Source of the DNA: Candidatus Latescibacterota bacterium
Lineage (GTDB): Bacteria > Latescibacterota > UBA2968 > UBA8231
NCBI GenBank assembly: GCA_965261395.1
Contig: OZ253462.1
Location: 2,048,001-2,112,000 of the forward strand
Direction: 5' to 3'
DNA: 64,000 nt
Shown here piece after piece: positions 16,938 through 26,379 of this stretch (its first letter is position 1; every line of letters starts with the position of its first letter). The notes beneath the pieces were generated by a model. That model was not told where the DNA came from. It saw only the letters and a program-made list of their open reading frames with translations, and made no database searches. The position numbers and the translations under genes are program-made.

Positions 16938-19900
16938 GTGTTTCTCCGCTTTTCCGTCCAAGTGGTCCCCTTGTGGCTGTGTGTTTGCTTGCTCGTGGCG
17001 GTGGCGCACGCCGAGCCTGGCCTACACTTTGAGCCACTGTACGGCCCGCTTTCCCAGCGCTTTGCAGCCCCTCGCCAAGCCGCGTTTGGGGCTGGCCAAC
17101 CGCTCTTGCCCGTCCCCAGCCGCGGGCCGATCTCATACCAAGCCGCGGTGGACTCCGTGGGAATGGCCCACTACGGCCGCCGCGTCAGCGGGTTCGCCGA
17201 GAGACCGACAGTCGCCGTGGATAGAGACGACTATCTCCACATGGAGTACCAAGCCAAGCACCGGCAGCTTTGGCATCAGCAGATCCGCCGCGACTTTCGC
17301 AGCACCGCCTCTGAGCAGCGCCGGCGCAAAGGTAACCGCTTTGAGTGGACCGTGCCCTTTTCCGCGCCCAAGCCCCTGCGGCGCTTTATCGGCGACGAAG
17401 GCCCCAGTCTCGTGCTCAATGGCTCGCGCACCATTATCGTTTCTGGCAAGAGCGAGTGGACCGATGGCGAGGTGCAGACCTCGTTTGGACGCAGCTCCAA
17501 GTTCCCCTCGCTGGGCATTGAACAGGAATCCGATTTCACGGTGGAAGGCAAAGTCGGCGAGCTGATCAGCGTGCGCATCGACCAAGACACCGAAAACCTC
17601 GGCTCGGCCATTGGCTCCAATTTGGGCGATCAGCTATCCAACCAGATCAAGCTCGACTACGACGGCGAAGAAGACTCCATATTCCAAGAGATACAGGCCG
17701 GCAATACCACCTTAGAACTGCCCAATACTCGCTTCGTCGGCTTCCGGCAGCAGAACAAGGGTCTCTTCGGCATCCGCGCTAAGGGGCACATTGGTCCGCT
17801 GGCCTTTACGACCGTAGCCAGCCACGAAAAGAGCAAGTCCAACCGCCAGACCTTTAAGGGCGGAGCGGCCATCGACACGCTCCAACTCAAAGACTACCAA
17901 TACATCCGCAACACGTATTTCTTTTTGCACGAATTCTACCGCACCCACCTCCTCGACTTCCGCCGGCTGTTGGACGGAGCGCAGTTTGGCTCGGAAAACT
18001 TCGTCGATATCAGCCGCCTTGAAGTCTATATCAACGACTTCAATACGAGGAATGACGCCGAGCTGTTCGCCAAGCCCGGCACGGCTTGGGTCGATCCATC
18101 CGACTCTCTTTCCACCATCGAGTGCTTTGACGCGGTGGGCAATCGCCTGCGCAACAGCGGCTGCTTCGAGGAGGGGACCTGGCATCGGCTCGACCCGGAC
18201 GACGACTATGCAGTCGTGGCCGAGGCGGGTTATATCGTCCTCAACAGACCCGTATCCGACCCGTATGCCATGGCCGTGCATTTCAAAACTCGCGCGCCGG
18301 ACTTCGACGATGCCCTCCAGCACGAGACAGCTCGGCTCAACGCTAGCGCAGAATCCGACTCCTTGCACCTAAAGCTGATCAAGGCTCGCAATGCCCGCCC
18401 AGGTTTTCCCACTTGGAATCTAGAGTGGAAAAACGTGTACCGCATTGCCTCTGGGTATTCCACCGGCCGCCGCTTCGACCCCAAGACTTTGCAGGTAGAT
18501 ATCGCCAAGGAAGTGCCCGGCCAAGAGGACCAACTTTCGCAAAAGGGCCGCTCCTACTTGCAGCTTTTGGGCTTGGACGAGCGCGGCAAAGACCCCGGCA
18601 GCGCGCCCGACCGCGTCATCGACGCCGACTACATAGGACTGGACGACATTCGCGGACACTTGATTTTCCCCGACCAGCGCCCCTTTGATCCGCGCTCCAA
18701 CAAATATCGCGGCCAGCTCGACGAACCCGTCTCCGCCATCTACGACGAGCAGCAGCAGCGCGCCCAGATCGAGGCTAGCCGCTACAAAATCCTCGTCCGC
18801 GCCGCCTCCTCGGAGCAGCGCATTCGGCTGGGCGGGATCTTCGGCAATGTCCGGACCGAGACCGTGGAGGTCCAGCTAAACGGCCGCCCACTGACACGGG
18901 ATACTGAATACCGAGTCGATTTCACGGGCAGCGTGACGTTTGTCGGCGCTGTCGCTCAGGAAGTGGCCGACCCCGGCGCCGACTTGGAAATCTCCTTTGA
19001 GTCCGAGGACCTCTTCAACATCGGCAGCCAGCAGAAGACCCTGTTGGGCCTGCGCACCGAGTACGAGTTCTGGGGAGGCGACGGGCGGGTGGGCAGCACC
19101 ATGATCTACAACAACGAGCGTTCGAGCGACCGGCGGGTGCGGGTGGGCAATGAACCGAAGCGCACAGTGATATGGAACTTCGACTTGCGCGCCCGGCGCG
19201 AAGTGCCAGTCCTCACCCGCATCGTCGATATGCTGCCGCTGGTCAAGACGGCGGTTCCCTCAGAAGTGACCTTAGACGCCGAAATCGCGCAAAGCCGCCC
19301 CAATCTCAACACCAAGGGACGCGGCTATATCGACGACTTCGAAGCCAGCGAGCAGCCCACCTCACTGATCGTCAATCGCCCGCGCTGGGCACCGGCCAGT
19401 ACGCCGGCCAGCGCGCGCTTCGGCGCGGAAAATCGCGCGCCCTTCATCTGGTACAATCCCTACAACGGAGTGCTGCGCACCGACATTTGGCCCAACCAAG
19501 AAGAGCAAATCGAAGCCCAAAACCGGCGCACCGACATCCTGTCGCTAGAGCTGACGCCGCGCCTCGAAACCACCGAATCCTGGGGGGGGATCTCCCTCGC
19601 TTTCTCGACCGTCAACGACTTCTCTGAATCCAAGTTCATAGAAATCTGGGTCCGCGGCCGGGAGGGCACCTTGCACCTAAACTTGGGCGACCAAATCAAC
19701 GAGGACTACATCGCCAACGGCCGCCTCGACACCGAAGACGAGCCGTTCCCCGGGCAAGCTGCGGGCGACGGGCTGGTGTCTCGGGAGGAGGACTTGGGCA
19801 TCGACGGCCGCGACGACGAGGCCGAGTTGAACTTCTACTTGCGCCTGCAAGACGCCGCGTTCGACACCACCCGCTCCCTAGCAGAGCGGAAGCAGGCATT

Positions 19901-22900
19901 CGCCGCGCTCTACCCGGACCCCGACCCCCTGCGTCCCAACCGCTCGGCCGACGATCCCGAAGGAGACAACTGGCAATACGACGGCCAGCGCAACAAGAAC
20001 GATTACAGCCACATCAACGGAACCGAGAACAATAAAAGAGACGTCGAAAGTGGCGACCGGCCGGATACGGAAGACCTCAACAACAACGGCGTGCTCGACC
20101 GGCGCAACAATTACTACCACTACGAGATCGACCTGTCCTCGATCCACTACGAAGTCGCCGGTACCCAAAACGAGGGCTGGCGTCAGCTCCGGGTGCCCCT
20201 GTTCGGCCCTCACGTCGAGCGCGTGGGTTTACCCGACTCCACCCGCATCGAATACGCGCGTTTGATGCTTTCGAGCGCGCCGCAGCCAGACGTAGCAGAC
20301 TCCGTGCGAGCCGATATCGCGCTCGTGGAGATCGTGGGCAACAAGTGGCAGGAAGACGACGTAGTGCGGCTCGACGAGCGCTTCCCAATCGGCGACCGCG
20401 AGGCCCTCGACGTCACGGTCATCGGCACCGACAAAAGCCAGAGCTACCGGCCGCCACCCGGTGTGAAGATCCGCCGCAACGTGCAGTCGCGCACCCGCGA
20501 ACGCGAGCAGTCGCTCGTGCTGGCCTACGATAATCTAGAGCCTGGTCACCAGATGTCGGCGACTAGAATTCTGACTCGACCTGCCAATTACACCAGCTAC
20601 GAGCGGCTGCGCATGTACGCCTATGGCGACTCGACCGAGACCATTGAATACGCGCACGGCGATTCGAGCGACTTGGTGCTCTTTGTGCGCTTTGGCGTGG
20701 ATTCGACCAACTACTACGAGGCCATCAGCCCCATCTTCCCGGGTTGGGAGGGAGGGCGTAAGGGCTGGAAGGGAAATCAAGTAGATGTAGATTTGCCGGT
20801 CATCTCCCAGCTCAAGGCCCTGCTGCAATCCGGGCGGGCCGATACCACCACGGGCGAGTTCTACTACACCTATAGGGTGATTGACCCGCGCGGGGCACCG
20901 TTAGACGGCCAGACTGTGATCGACCAACGCGAGCTAGAAGCGCTCCACGCGGCCGGCTACGACCCCCAAATTGAGCATTTTTCCCTAGACCAGATCTTTG
21001 CGCGGTCGGGCCTGCGCAGCGGCGAGGAAGCCATTTACCGAGTGCGCGGCAACCCGTCGATGCAGTCGATCAAACAACTGAGCATCGGCCTGCGCAACCG
21101 GGCCACAAACCGCTTGTACAGTGGCCGGGTCTTGCTCGACGAACTCCGCCTCGACGAGGCGCGCAATGACCCCGGGCTGGCCGCGTACGCCCAACTCAAT
21201 ACCAAGCTGGCCGACTTTGCCAGTCTCGGTGGTAACGTGCTCTGGCGGCAGGAAAATTTCCGCAGCTTTACCGGCCAAGGAGGCAACAGCACGGACCGCG
21301 AGGCCGCGCTGTCGGTCTCCACCAACGCGCAAAAGATCCTGCCGAGTAGCTGGGGATTTTTGATCCCGCTCAAGGTGAACCTCAGCCGCACGACCAGCTT
21401 GCCGCGCTTCGGCCCCGGGTCGGACGTGGAGCTAACCGACGAAGAGAAGCAAGAGCAACAGGCCGTCCGCTCCAAGGAATTCTACGACGTGTCCATCAGC
21501 CGGCGGCAGGGCAAAAACTTCCTCTTGCGCTGGACCCTCGACCAGATGAACCTGAGGCTCTCGCATTCGCGCGAACACAGCTCGGATCCGGTGCGCCCGA
21601 TCAACGAGCGCGAGGCGCAGACGATGAACTTCAATTACAGCATGCCCCTGCCCAAGCCAGCGCTGCGGATCATGGGCTGGCTCCCGACGTTCATGCCCAA
21701 GAACTGGACGCGGATGGAGTTCCGTCCGCTGCCTTCGAGCCTGACCTACGCGGTCAACGGCAGTCGGCGCACCTCGCGGCTGCTGCGCCGTGGCGACGAC
21801 GAGCCGACCGAGCAGGAGGACTTCACGCTCGCCGAAACCTATGCCTCTAAGCTCAATCCGCTCTCCGGTCTATCGGCCAACTACAACCTCAAAATCGACC
21901 GAGATCTGCGGAAAAAATTCACCCTCGACAAGCGGAGCTTTGGGCGCGAGGTCGGGCGCAGACAAACGGCCGATCTCGGCTTTTCGCTGCGCCTGATCTC
22001 GTGGCTGGACCAAAACTACACCTTCAAGGCCAATTACGAGGAGCAGAACGACCCGGCGCAACGGCGCGGAGTGGCCCCAATCGATTCGATCAGCGGCCTG
22101 CCGTTCAAGACCTTCGACATCGACAGCCGAAACGATCTCTCTGCACGCCTCAATCTCAAAATCCCGACTCTGCTCAAGAATTTGGGCAAGTCCCCGGGGC
22201 AAAGCCGCAAGGCGCAGCGGAGCGACGACCGAGACCGCAACCGCAACCGCAACCGCAATCGAGACACAGACGAGGACGCTCCAACCTCGGAGAAAAGCCA
22301 GCCCGAACAGGAGAAAAGCCAGCCCGAACAGAAGAAAAACCAGCCCGAACAGAAGAAAAACCAGCCCGAACAGAAGAAAAACCAGCCCGAACAGAAGAAA
22401 AACCAGCCCGAACAGAAGAAAAACCAGCCCGAACCGCCGCAAGGCCCCAATATCCTCCGCCGCCTCGCCGGGTGGACCGGTCGCATTGTCGAGCCGGTCA
22501 ACGCCAGTTGGCGGCGCAACATCAACTCGCGCCACTTCAACTTGCTGCATCGGCCCTCGCTATCCTATCAACTCGGTCTCGATGACACGCTGAGGGTGCG
22601 GCAAGTAACCCAAGGGCTGACCCACCAAGACAGTTGGTCGCACACGGCCTCGTTTGAGGCCGGCTCGGGGATGCGGTTGCCCTTTGGCATCAGCATCAAG
22701 GTCAATTCCAAGGAGCAGACCACAGAGCGCAGCGGCGCTTCGCAGCAACGGCTGCGCCTGCGCAACGATCGGACCTACCCGCGCTTGAGTCTTAGCTGGG
22801 GGCGGGCCGACCGGATTCCGTTGATAAAGAGAGTGATCAACAGCGCGCAGGTAAACGCTAGTTTCGAGACCTCGGAGGCCAGCGAGGGCGAGGGTAGCCT

Positions 22901-23408
22901 CGCGCCCGGCCACCTGCTCTCCGAAGAGACCAAGACCGAGTTCAGAGCGTCGTGGAATGGCCGTTGGCGCTGGGGGCCGACGACGACCATCGAGCGCGTG
23001 GTCTCCATTTCGGAGAGCCGAGATTTTGAACTAACCGCAGAGAGCGGCGACGGCACTCAGCCCCTGCGCGGCACCCGCGACAGAGAGCACATGACCACCA
23101 CGTTCAAGATCACCCATAGCCTCAAGCCGCGGCGGCTGCCCCTGATAGGCCGGCTCAAAAGCGACGTCACCCTCAACTTGGAACACAAGCTTGAAGGAGA
23201 AACGCGCTCCATCGCCACAGGTGACGAAGAGCGCGTCCCCAACGGCAAAGAGAACCGCTGGCGCACTCAGTTGTCCATGACCTACAACTTCAGCGCGAAC
23301 TTCCGCGGCGAGGGGCGGATTCGCATCGAGAACAACAAAGACCACCTGCGAGACAAAACGCGGAAGATCCGCGAGGTGCGGCTTTCGGGCACTTTCTTCC
23401 TCCGCTGA
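16938..23408 (+). CDS. sprA: SprA/Sov-like giant outer-membrane beta-barrel (type IX secretion translocon homologue)
   Basis: 2156 aa, signal peptide; NQIKLDYDGEEDSIFQEIQAGN, GLFGI, YIDDFE, GRLDTED, PDTEDLNNNGVLD, DELRL motifs; amphipathic C-terminal strand. Confidence 0.88.
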   Translation: MFLRFSVQVVPLWLCVCLLVAVAHAEPGLHFEPLYGPLSQRFAAPRQAAFGAGQPLLPVPSRGPISYQAAVDSVGMAHYGRRVSGFAERPTVAVDRDDYLHMEYQAKHRQLWHQQIRRDFRSTASEQRRRKGNRFEWTVPFSAPKPLRRFIGDEGPSLVLNGSRTIIVSGKSEWTDGEVQTSFGRSSKFPSLGIEQESDFTVEGKVGELISVRIDQDTENLGSAIGSNLGDQLSNQIKLDYDGEEDSIFQEIQAGNTTLELPNTRFVGFRQQNKGLFGIRAKGHIGPLAFTTVASHEKSKSNRQTFKGGAAIDTLQLKDYQYIRNTYFFLHEFYRTHLLDFRRLLDGAQFGSENFVDISRLEVYINDFNTRNDAELFAKPGTAWVDPSDSLSTIECFDAVGNRLRNSGCFEEGTWHRLDPDDDYAVVAEAGYIVLNRPVSDPYAMAVHFKTRAPDFDDALQHETARLNASAESDSLHLKLIKARNARPGFPTWNLEWKNVYRIASGYSTGRRFDPKTLQVDIAKEVPGQEDQLSQKGRSYLQLLGLDERGKDPGSAPDRVIDADYIGLDDIRGHLIFPDQRPFDPRSNKYRGQLDEPVSAIYDEQQQRAQIEASRYKILVRAASSEQRIRLGGIFGNVRTETVEVQLNGRPLTRDTEYRVDFTGSVTFVGAVAQEVADPGADLEISFESEDLFNIGSQQKTLLGLRTEYEFWGGDGRVGSTMIYNNERSSDRRVRVGNEPKRTVIWNFDLRARREVPVLTRIVDMLPLVKTAVPSEVTLDAEIAQSRPNLNTKGRGYIDDFEASEQPTSLIVNRPRWAPASTPASARFGAENRAPFIWYNPYNGVLRTDIWPNQEEQIEAQNRRTDILSLELTPRLETTESWGGISLAFSTVNDFSESKFIEIWVRGREGTLHLNLGDQINEDYIANGRLDTEDEPFPGQAAGDGLVSREEDLGIDGRDDEAELNFYLRLQDAAFDTTRSLAERKQAFAALYPDPDPLRPNRSADDPEGDNWQYDGQRNKNDYSHINGTENNKRDVESGDRPDTEDLNNNGVLDRRNNYYHYEIDLSSIHYEVAGTQNEGWRQLRVPLFGPHVERVGLPDSTRIEYARLMLSSAPQPDVADSVRADIALVEIVGNKWQEDDVVRLDERFPIGDREALDVTVIGTDKSQSYRPPPGVKIRRNVQSRTREREQSLVLAYDNLEPGHQMSATRILTRPANYTSYERLRMYAYGDSTETIEYAHGDSSDLVLFVRFGVDSTNYYEAISPIFPGWEGGRKGWKGNQVDVDLPVISQLKALLQSGRADTTTGEFYYTYRVIDPRGAPLDGQTVIDQRELEALHAAGYDPQIEHFSLDQIFARSGLRSGEEAIYRVRGNPSMQSIKQLSIGLRNRATNRLYSGRVLLDELRLDEARNDPGLAAYAQLNTKLADFASLGGNVLWRQENFRSFTGQGGNSTDREAALSVSTNAQKILPSSWGFLIPLKVNLSRTTSLPRFGPGSDVELTDEEKQEQQAVRSKEFYDVSISRRQGKNFLLRWTLDQMNLRLSHSREHSSDPVRPINEREAQTMNFNYSMPLPKPALRIMGWLPTFMPKNWTRMEFRPLPSSLTYAVNGSRRTSRLLRRGDDEPTEQEDFTLAETYASKLNPLSGLSANYNLKIDRDLRKKFTLDKRSFGREVGRRQTADLGFSLRLISWLDQNYTFKANYEEQNDPAQRRGVAPIDSISGLPFKTFDIDSRNDLSARLNLKIPTLLKNLGKSPGQSRKAQRSDDRDRNRNRNRNRDTDEDAPTSEKSQPEQEKSQPEQKKNQPEQKKNQPEQKKNQPEQKKNQPEQKKNQPEPPQGPNILRRLAGWTGRIVEPVNASWRRNINSRHFNLLHRPSLSYQLGLDDTLRVRQVTQGLTHQDSWSHTASFEAGSGMRLPFGISIKVNSKEQTTERSGASQQRLRLRNDRTYPRLSLSWGRADRIPLIKRVINSAQVNASFETSEASEGEGSLAPGHLLSEETKTEFRASWNGRWRWGPTTTIERVVSISESRDFELTAESGDGTQPLRGTRDREHMTTTFKITHSLKPRRLPLIGRLKSDVTLNLEHKLEGETRSIATGDEERVPNGKENRWRTQLSMTYNFSANFRGEGRIRIENNKDHLRDKTRKIREVRLSGTFFLR
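22227..22265 (+). repeat. 6-bp microsatellite (CGCAAC)n inside sprA encoding DRDRNRNRNRNRD
   Basis: GACCGAGACCGCAACCGCAACCGCAACCGCAATCGAGAC. Confidence 0.85.
22290..22436 (+). repeat. In-frame 21-bp tandem repeat, 7 units, inside sprA ((E/K)K(S/N)QPEQ)
   Basis: 2x GAGAAAAGCCAGCCCGAACAG, then 4x AAGAAAAACCAGCCCGAACAG plus one near-complete unit. Confidence 0.97.
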
Positions 23409-23417
23409 GCATATTGC

Positions 23418-23807
23418 TTGGCGCGGCTGTGGGAGATATGTTTGTTTAATCAACGCGAGCAACGCACTCTCATCGGCCTGACGGCGGCCCTGCTCATAGG
23501 GATGCTCGTCGCCGTATGCGATTGGTATCGTCCATCGCATTCAGAGGAATTCAGCGTCGTGCCGCGCGCAGCCGTTCCGCCACCACCGCTCGAAGTGGTC
23601 GTAGCCGAGCAGGGTCCGCTCGCGCTCAATTCGGCTACGATCGCCGAGTTAGTCGCGCTGCCGGCAATAGGCCCCAAGATCGCCGAGCGGATCGTCGCCT
23701 TTCGCCGCGAGCGCGGTCCTTTCGAGCGGCTGGAGCAACTAACCGAGGTCAATGGCATCGGCGCGAAGACGCTAGCAAAGCTCCGTCCTTTGCTCACCGT
23801 GGAGTAG
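23418..23807 (+). CDS. comEA: ComEA-like membrane-anchored helix-hairpin-helix DNA-binding protein
   Basis: TM helix, then LNSAT..EL..LPAIGPKIAERIV..R...GPF...EQLTEVNGIG. Confidence 0.88.
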   Translation: MARLWEICLFNQREQRTLIGLTAALLIGMLVAVCDWYRPSHSEEFSVVPRAAVPPPPLEVVVAEQGPLALNSATIAELVALPAIGPKIAERIVAFRRERGPFERLEQLTEVNGIGAKTLAKLRPLLTVE

Positions 23808-23831
23808 AGGCGCACTTCGCAGGAGAAGGGG

Positions 23832-24725
23832 TTGGGATTGTTTGGACTTGGCAGGACAAAGGCCACCGGGATTCATATCAGCGGCCAGACCGTACGCGTC
23901 GCCGCTCTAGACGCTGGTCGCTTCGGCGTCCGGCCACTGGTCTTGGCAGCCGACGAGCTGGAGCGGCCCTTCGATCCGACGGCCCTGAGCGACAAGCAGC
24001 AGCGGCAAGAGATAGCCGCCAAGCTGGTCGCGCTCGCGGCGACATACGATTTCGACTACAGCAACGCCTGTTTCTCGCTGGACCGACGCTTGGGCTTCAT
24101 TCAGCGCCGGCCCTTCGTGGCGGGGACTATGCGCGAAAACCGCGAACAACTCCAGTGGGAAGCCGACCAGATCTTGGCCGGAGAAGCGAGGGTGTTTAGC
24201 TGCGATTTTGTGCTGACCTCACAGTGGGGTTTTGTGGTGACGGCGCGCCACCGCGCCCTCGACTGCTACCGCGCTCTAGGCAAGGAGACGGCGGTCGGTC
24301 GGTTCGACCTAGATTTAGTGCCTTTTGCCCTGTACAACGCCAGCGAATGCGCCAACCTGCTCGCCAAAGACAAGTTTTCGCTCCTGCTCTATGCGGATGT
24401 GGGCGAGGCTTGGCTCCTGCTAATAGAAGAAGGCGAGCTGTCTGCGCTGATCAATTGCGTCTGGGAGGAAGAGGACGACGCGGCCGCAGCCTTAGAAGGC
24501 GCGGCGCGCAAGCTGCTGAGCGGTGGCAGCAGCGGCCTCCAGCACCTTTGGGGTGCCGGCATTGTGTATTGGAGCGAGGGCTTGGCCGCGCATTTGGGGG
24601 TGCAGCATTCAATCCTCGATCCACTCGCCGCGGTCAATCCCAAGCTGCTCGGCAGCGCCACGCCCACGCAGCGATCCGCGTATGCTATTGCTATAGGGCT
24701 GGCCCAGCGGAGGTTAGCGCAATGA
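23832..24725 (+). CDS. Divergent PilM-like pilus assembly protein
   Basis: GIHISGQTVRVAAL (degenerate PilM phosphate motif), WEADQIL, DLVPFALYN, C-terminal YAIAIGLAQR. Confidence 0.65.
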   Translation: MGLFGLGRTKATGIHISGQTVRVAALDAGRFGVRPLVLAADELERPFDPTALSDKQQRQEIAAKLVALAATYDFDYSNACFSLDRRLGFIQRRPFVAGTMRENREQLQWEADQILAGEARVFSCDFVLTSQWGFVVTARHRALDCYRALGKETAVGRFDLDLVPFALYNASECANLLAKDKFSLLLYADVGEAWLLLIEEGELSALINCVWEEEDDAAAALEGAARKLLSGGSSGLQHLWGAGIVYWSEGLAAHLGVQHSILDPLAAVNPKLLGSATPTQRSAYAIAIGLAQRRLAQ

Positions 24726-25885
24726 TCCGCGTCGAACTCCTCAGCCAGCGGCGGCGGCGGTCTTGGTCAAAAGCCTTGCTTTCGGCTTTGATCGTCTGTG
24801 GGGGAGTATACGGGATCCACCAACTCTTCCCCGCGCAGGTGGGGTCGCTTTTCAGCAAGGGTTCCGTCCTCAGCTCCGTGGTGCTGCAAAAGATCATGCC
24901 CGAGCCTGTGGCGCAGCAAGCAGCCACGCCAAAGCCCGTAGCACAGCAAGAAATCACCCCCAAGCCCGTGGCGCAACAAGAAGCCATCCCTAGCCCCGCG
25001 CAAGAAATCGAACCCGAGCCCGTAGAGAAACAAGAGACCGCGCCCAAGCCCGTGTTGGTACAGCGAGAGATCATCCTAAGTCCTAGGACGCAACAAGAGA
25101 CCACGCCTAGCCCCGTACAAGAGATCGCTCACAAGCCCACAGCACAGCAAGAGGTCGCCCTCGGTTCTGCGACGCAGCAAGAGACCACGCCTAGCTCTGT
25201 GGCACAACAAGATAGCTTCTCTAAACCTGTCGCGCAGCAAGAGGTCGCACCAAGCTCCGTCGTCCAACAAGAAACCGCGCCGGCCCCGACGACGTCCCAA
25301 GCCCCCTCGCCCCAGCGCAGCACGGTCTGCCACCAAATCATGCGGATCAACGAACAGGTTCCCGCTGAGATTAGCGTGGCTTCACTAGATTGCAACTCGA
25401 CCGGGGAGTATCGGCTGGAGGGAACCAGCCCCTCGCACAAAGTACTGCGCACCTTTAGGCTTGGCCTGCAGGCGTTGCCATCGCGGGTTTCGTTTTCTGT
25501 CCGGCGCGAGGAGCGCGCGCTGCACTTTGCATTCCAAGGCCGCTTTGCCGAGCGGGACGCCTCCCCACTGGCTGCCCTCTCGTCTGACCAAGCGGAGCAA
25601 TTCTTCGGCAAGGTGGCCCACTGGGCGGACACGAGCGGCCTAGACAGCCTGTCGATCCACGAGCCTATCCATAGGCCCTTGTCGTCGGCAGGCACTCGCC
25701 AGCGGCAAAAATTGTGGGGCATTGGGTCCCCTCAGCAGATCGGTGCCTTCTTGCACCAATTTCAACAGGCCGAGGCGGTCGCGACCCTTGGCGAGGTTTT
25801 GCTCGTGCCGGTCAAAAGCGACGAGCACGGCTGGGTTAAAGCGCGGCTCTACGCAGCCGTGGACGTCGTCGTGGGAGCACCCTGA
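24722..25885 (+). CDS. Bitopic PilN/PilO-like protein with a long Pro/Gln/Glu-rich linker
   Basis: MIRVELL resembles PilN MIxINLL; TM helix; start overlaps the pilM-like stop. Confidence 0.5.
   Translation: MIRVELLSQRRRRSWSKALLSALIVCGGVYGIHQLFPAQVGSLFSKGSVLSSVVLQKIMPEPVAQQAATPKPVAQQEITPKPVAQQEAIPSPAQEIEPEPVEKQETAPKPVLVQREIILSPRTQQETTPSPVQEIAHKPTAQQEVALGSATQQETTPSSVAQQDSFSKPVAQQEVAPSSVVQQETAPAPTTSQAPSPQRSTVCHQIMRINEQVPAEISVASLDCNSTGEYRLEGTSPSHKVLRTFRLGLQALPSRVSFSVRREERALHFAFQGRFAERDASPLAALSSDQAEQFFGKVAHWADTSGLDSLSIHEPIHRPLSSAGTRQRQKLWGIGSPQQIGAFLHQFQQAEAVATLGEVLLVPVKSDEHGWVKARLYAAVDVVVGAP
24898..25285 (+). repeat. Degenerate ~30-bp coding repeat (P-x-P-V-A-Q-Q-E-x-x)
   Basis: About a dozen imperfect units such as PKPVAQQEIT, PSSVAQQDSF, PSSVVQQETA. 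Confidence 0.8.
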
Positions 25886-26379
25886 TGAATGGCTTTGCAG
25901 ACGCAGCCATCTATCCAGGCAGCTTTGACCCCATCACCTTTGGCCACCTAAACATTCTAGAGCGAGCCTTGGGCATTTTCTCTCAAGTCACCCTGCTGGT
26001 AGCGATCAATCCCAACAAAGAGCCGCTCTTTTCGCTGGCGGAGAGCCGGGCGATGATCTCCGAGGCCATTAGCCATTGGCCCCAAGCCAAGGTCGATTTC
26101 CACAACGGCCTAACCGTTGACTATGCGCGGCAGCACAACATACGCACGGCCGTGCGGGGCCTGCGGGCGGTGACCGACTTTGAGAACGAGTTTGCCATGG
26201 CCTTGACCAACCGCTCGCTGTGGCCGGAGTTCGACACGGTTTTTCTAATGACTAAGGCCGAGTACATGTATCTCAGTTCTTCGGTCGTGCGCCAAGTGGC
26301 GCAGATGGGCGGACAGGTGAGCCAATTCGTGCCGCCTTGTATCGAGCGACGCCTACGGGAGAAATTCCAAAATGCCTGA
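25885..26379 (+). CDS. coaD: Phosphopantetheine adenylyltransferase
   Basis: AIYPGSFDPITFGH, RGLRAVTDFENE, LSSSVVR. Confidence 0.97.
   Translation: MNGFADAAIYPGSFDPITFGHLNILERALGIFSQVTLLVAINPNKEPLFSLAESRAMISEAISHWPQAKVDFHNGLTVDYARQHNIRTAVRGLRAVTDFENEFAMALTNRSLWPEFDTVFLMTKAEYMYLSSSVVRQVAQMGGQVSQFVPPCIERRLREKFQNA

Noticed and set aside
22290-22436. Tandem repeat as a possible CRISPR array
   Set aside because: Units are contiguous with no spacers, lie in frame within sprA, and no cas genes are present
21870-22585. Alternative-frame and antisense ORFs with repeated peptides (LLFGLVF, CSGWFFF, EEKPART)
   Set aside because: Shadows of the stop-free 21-bp repeat within sprA
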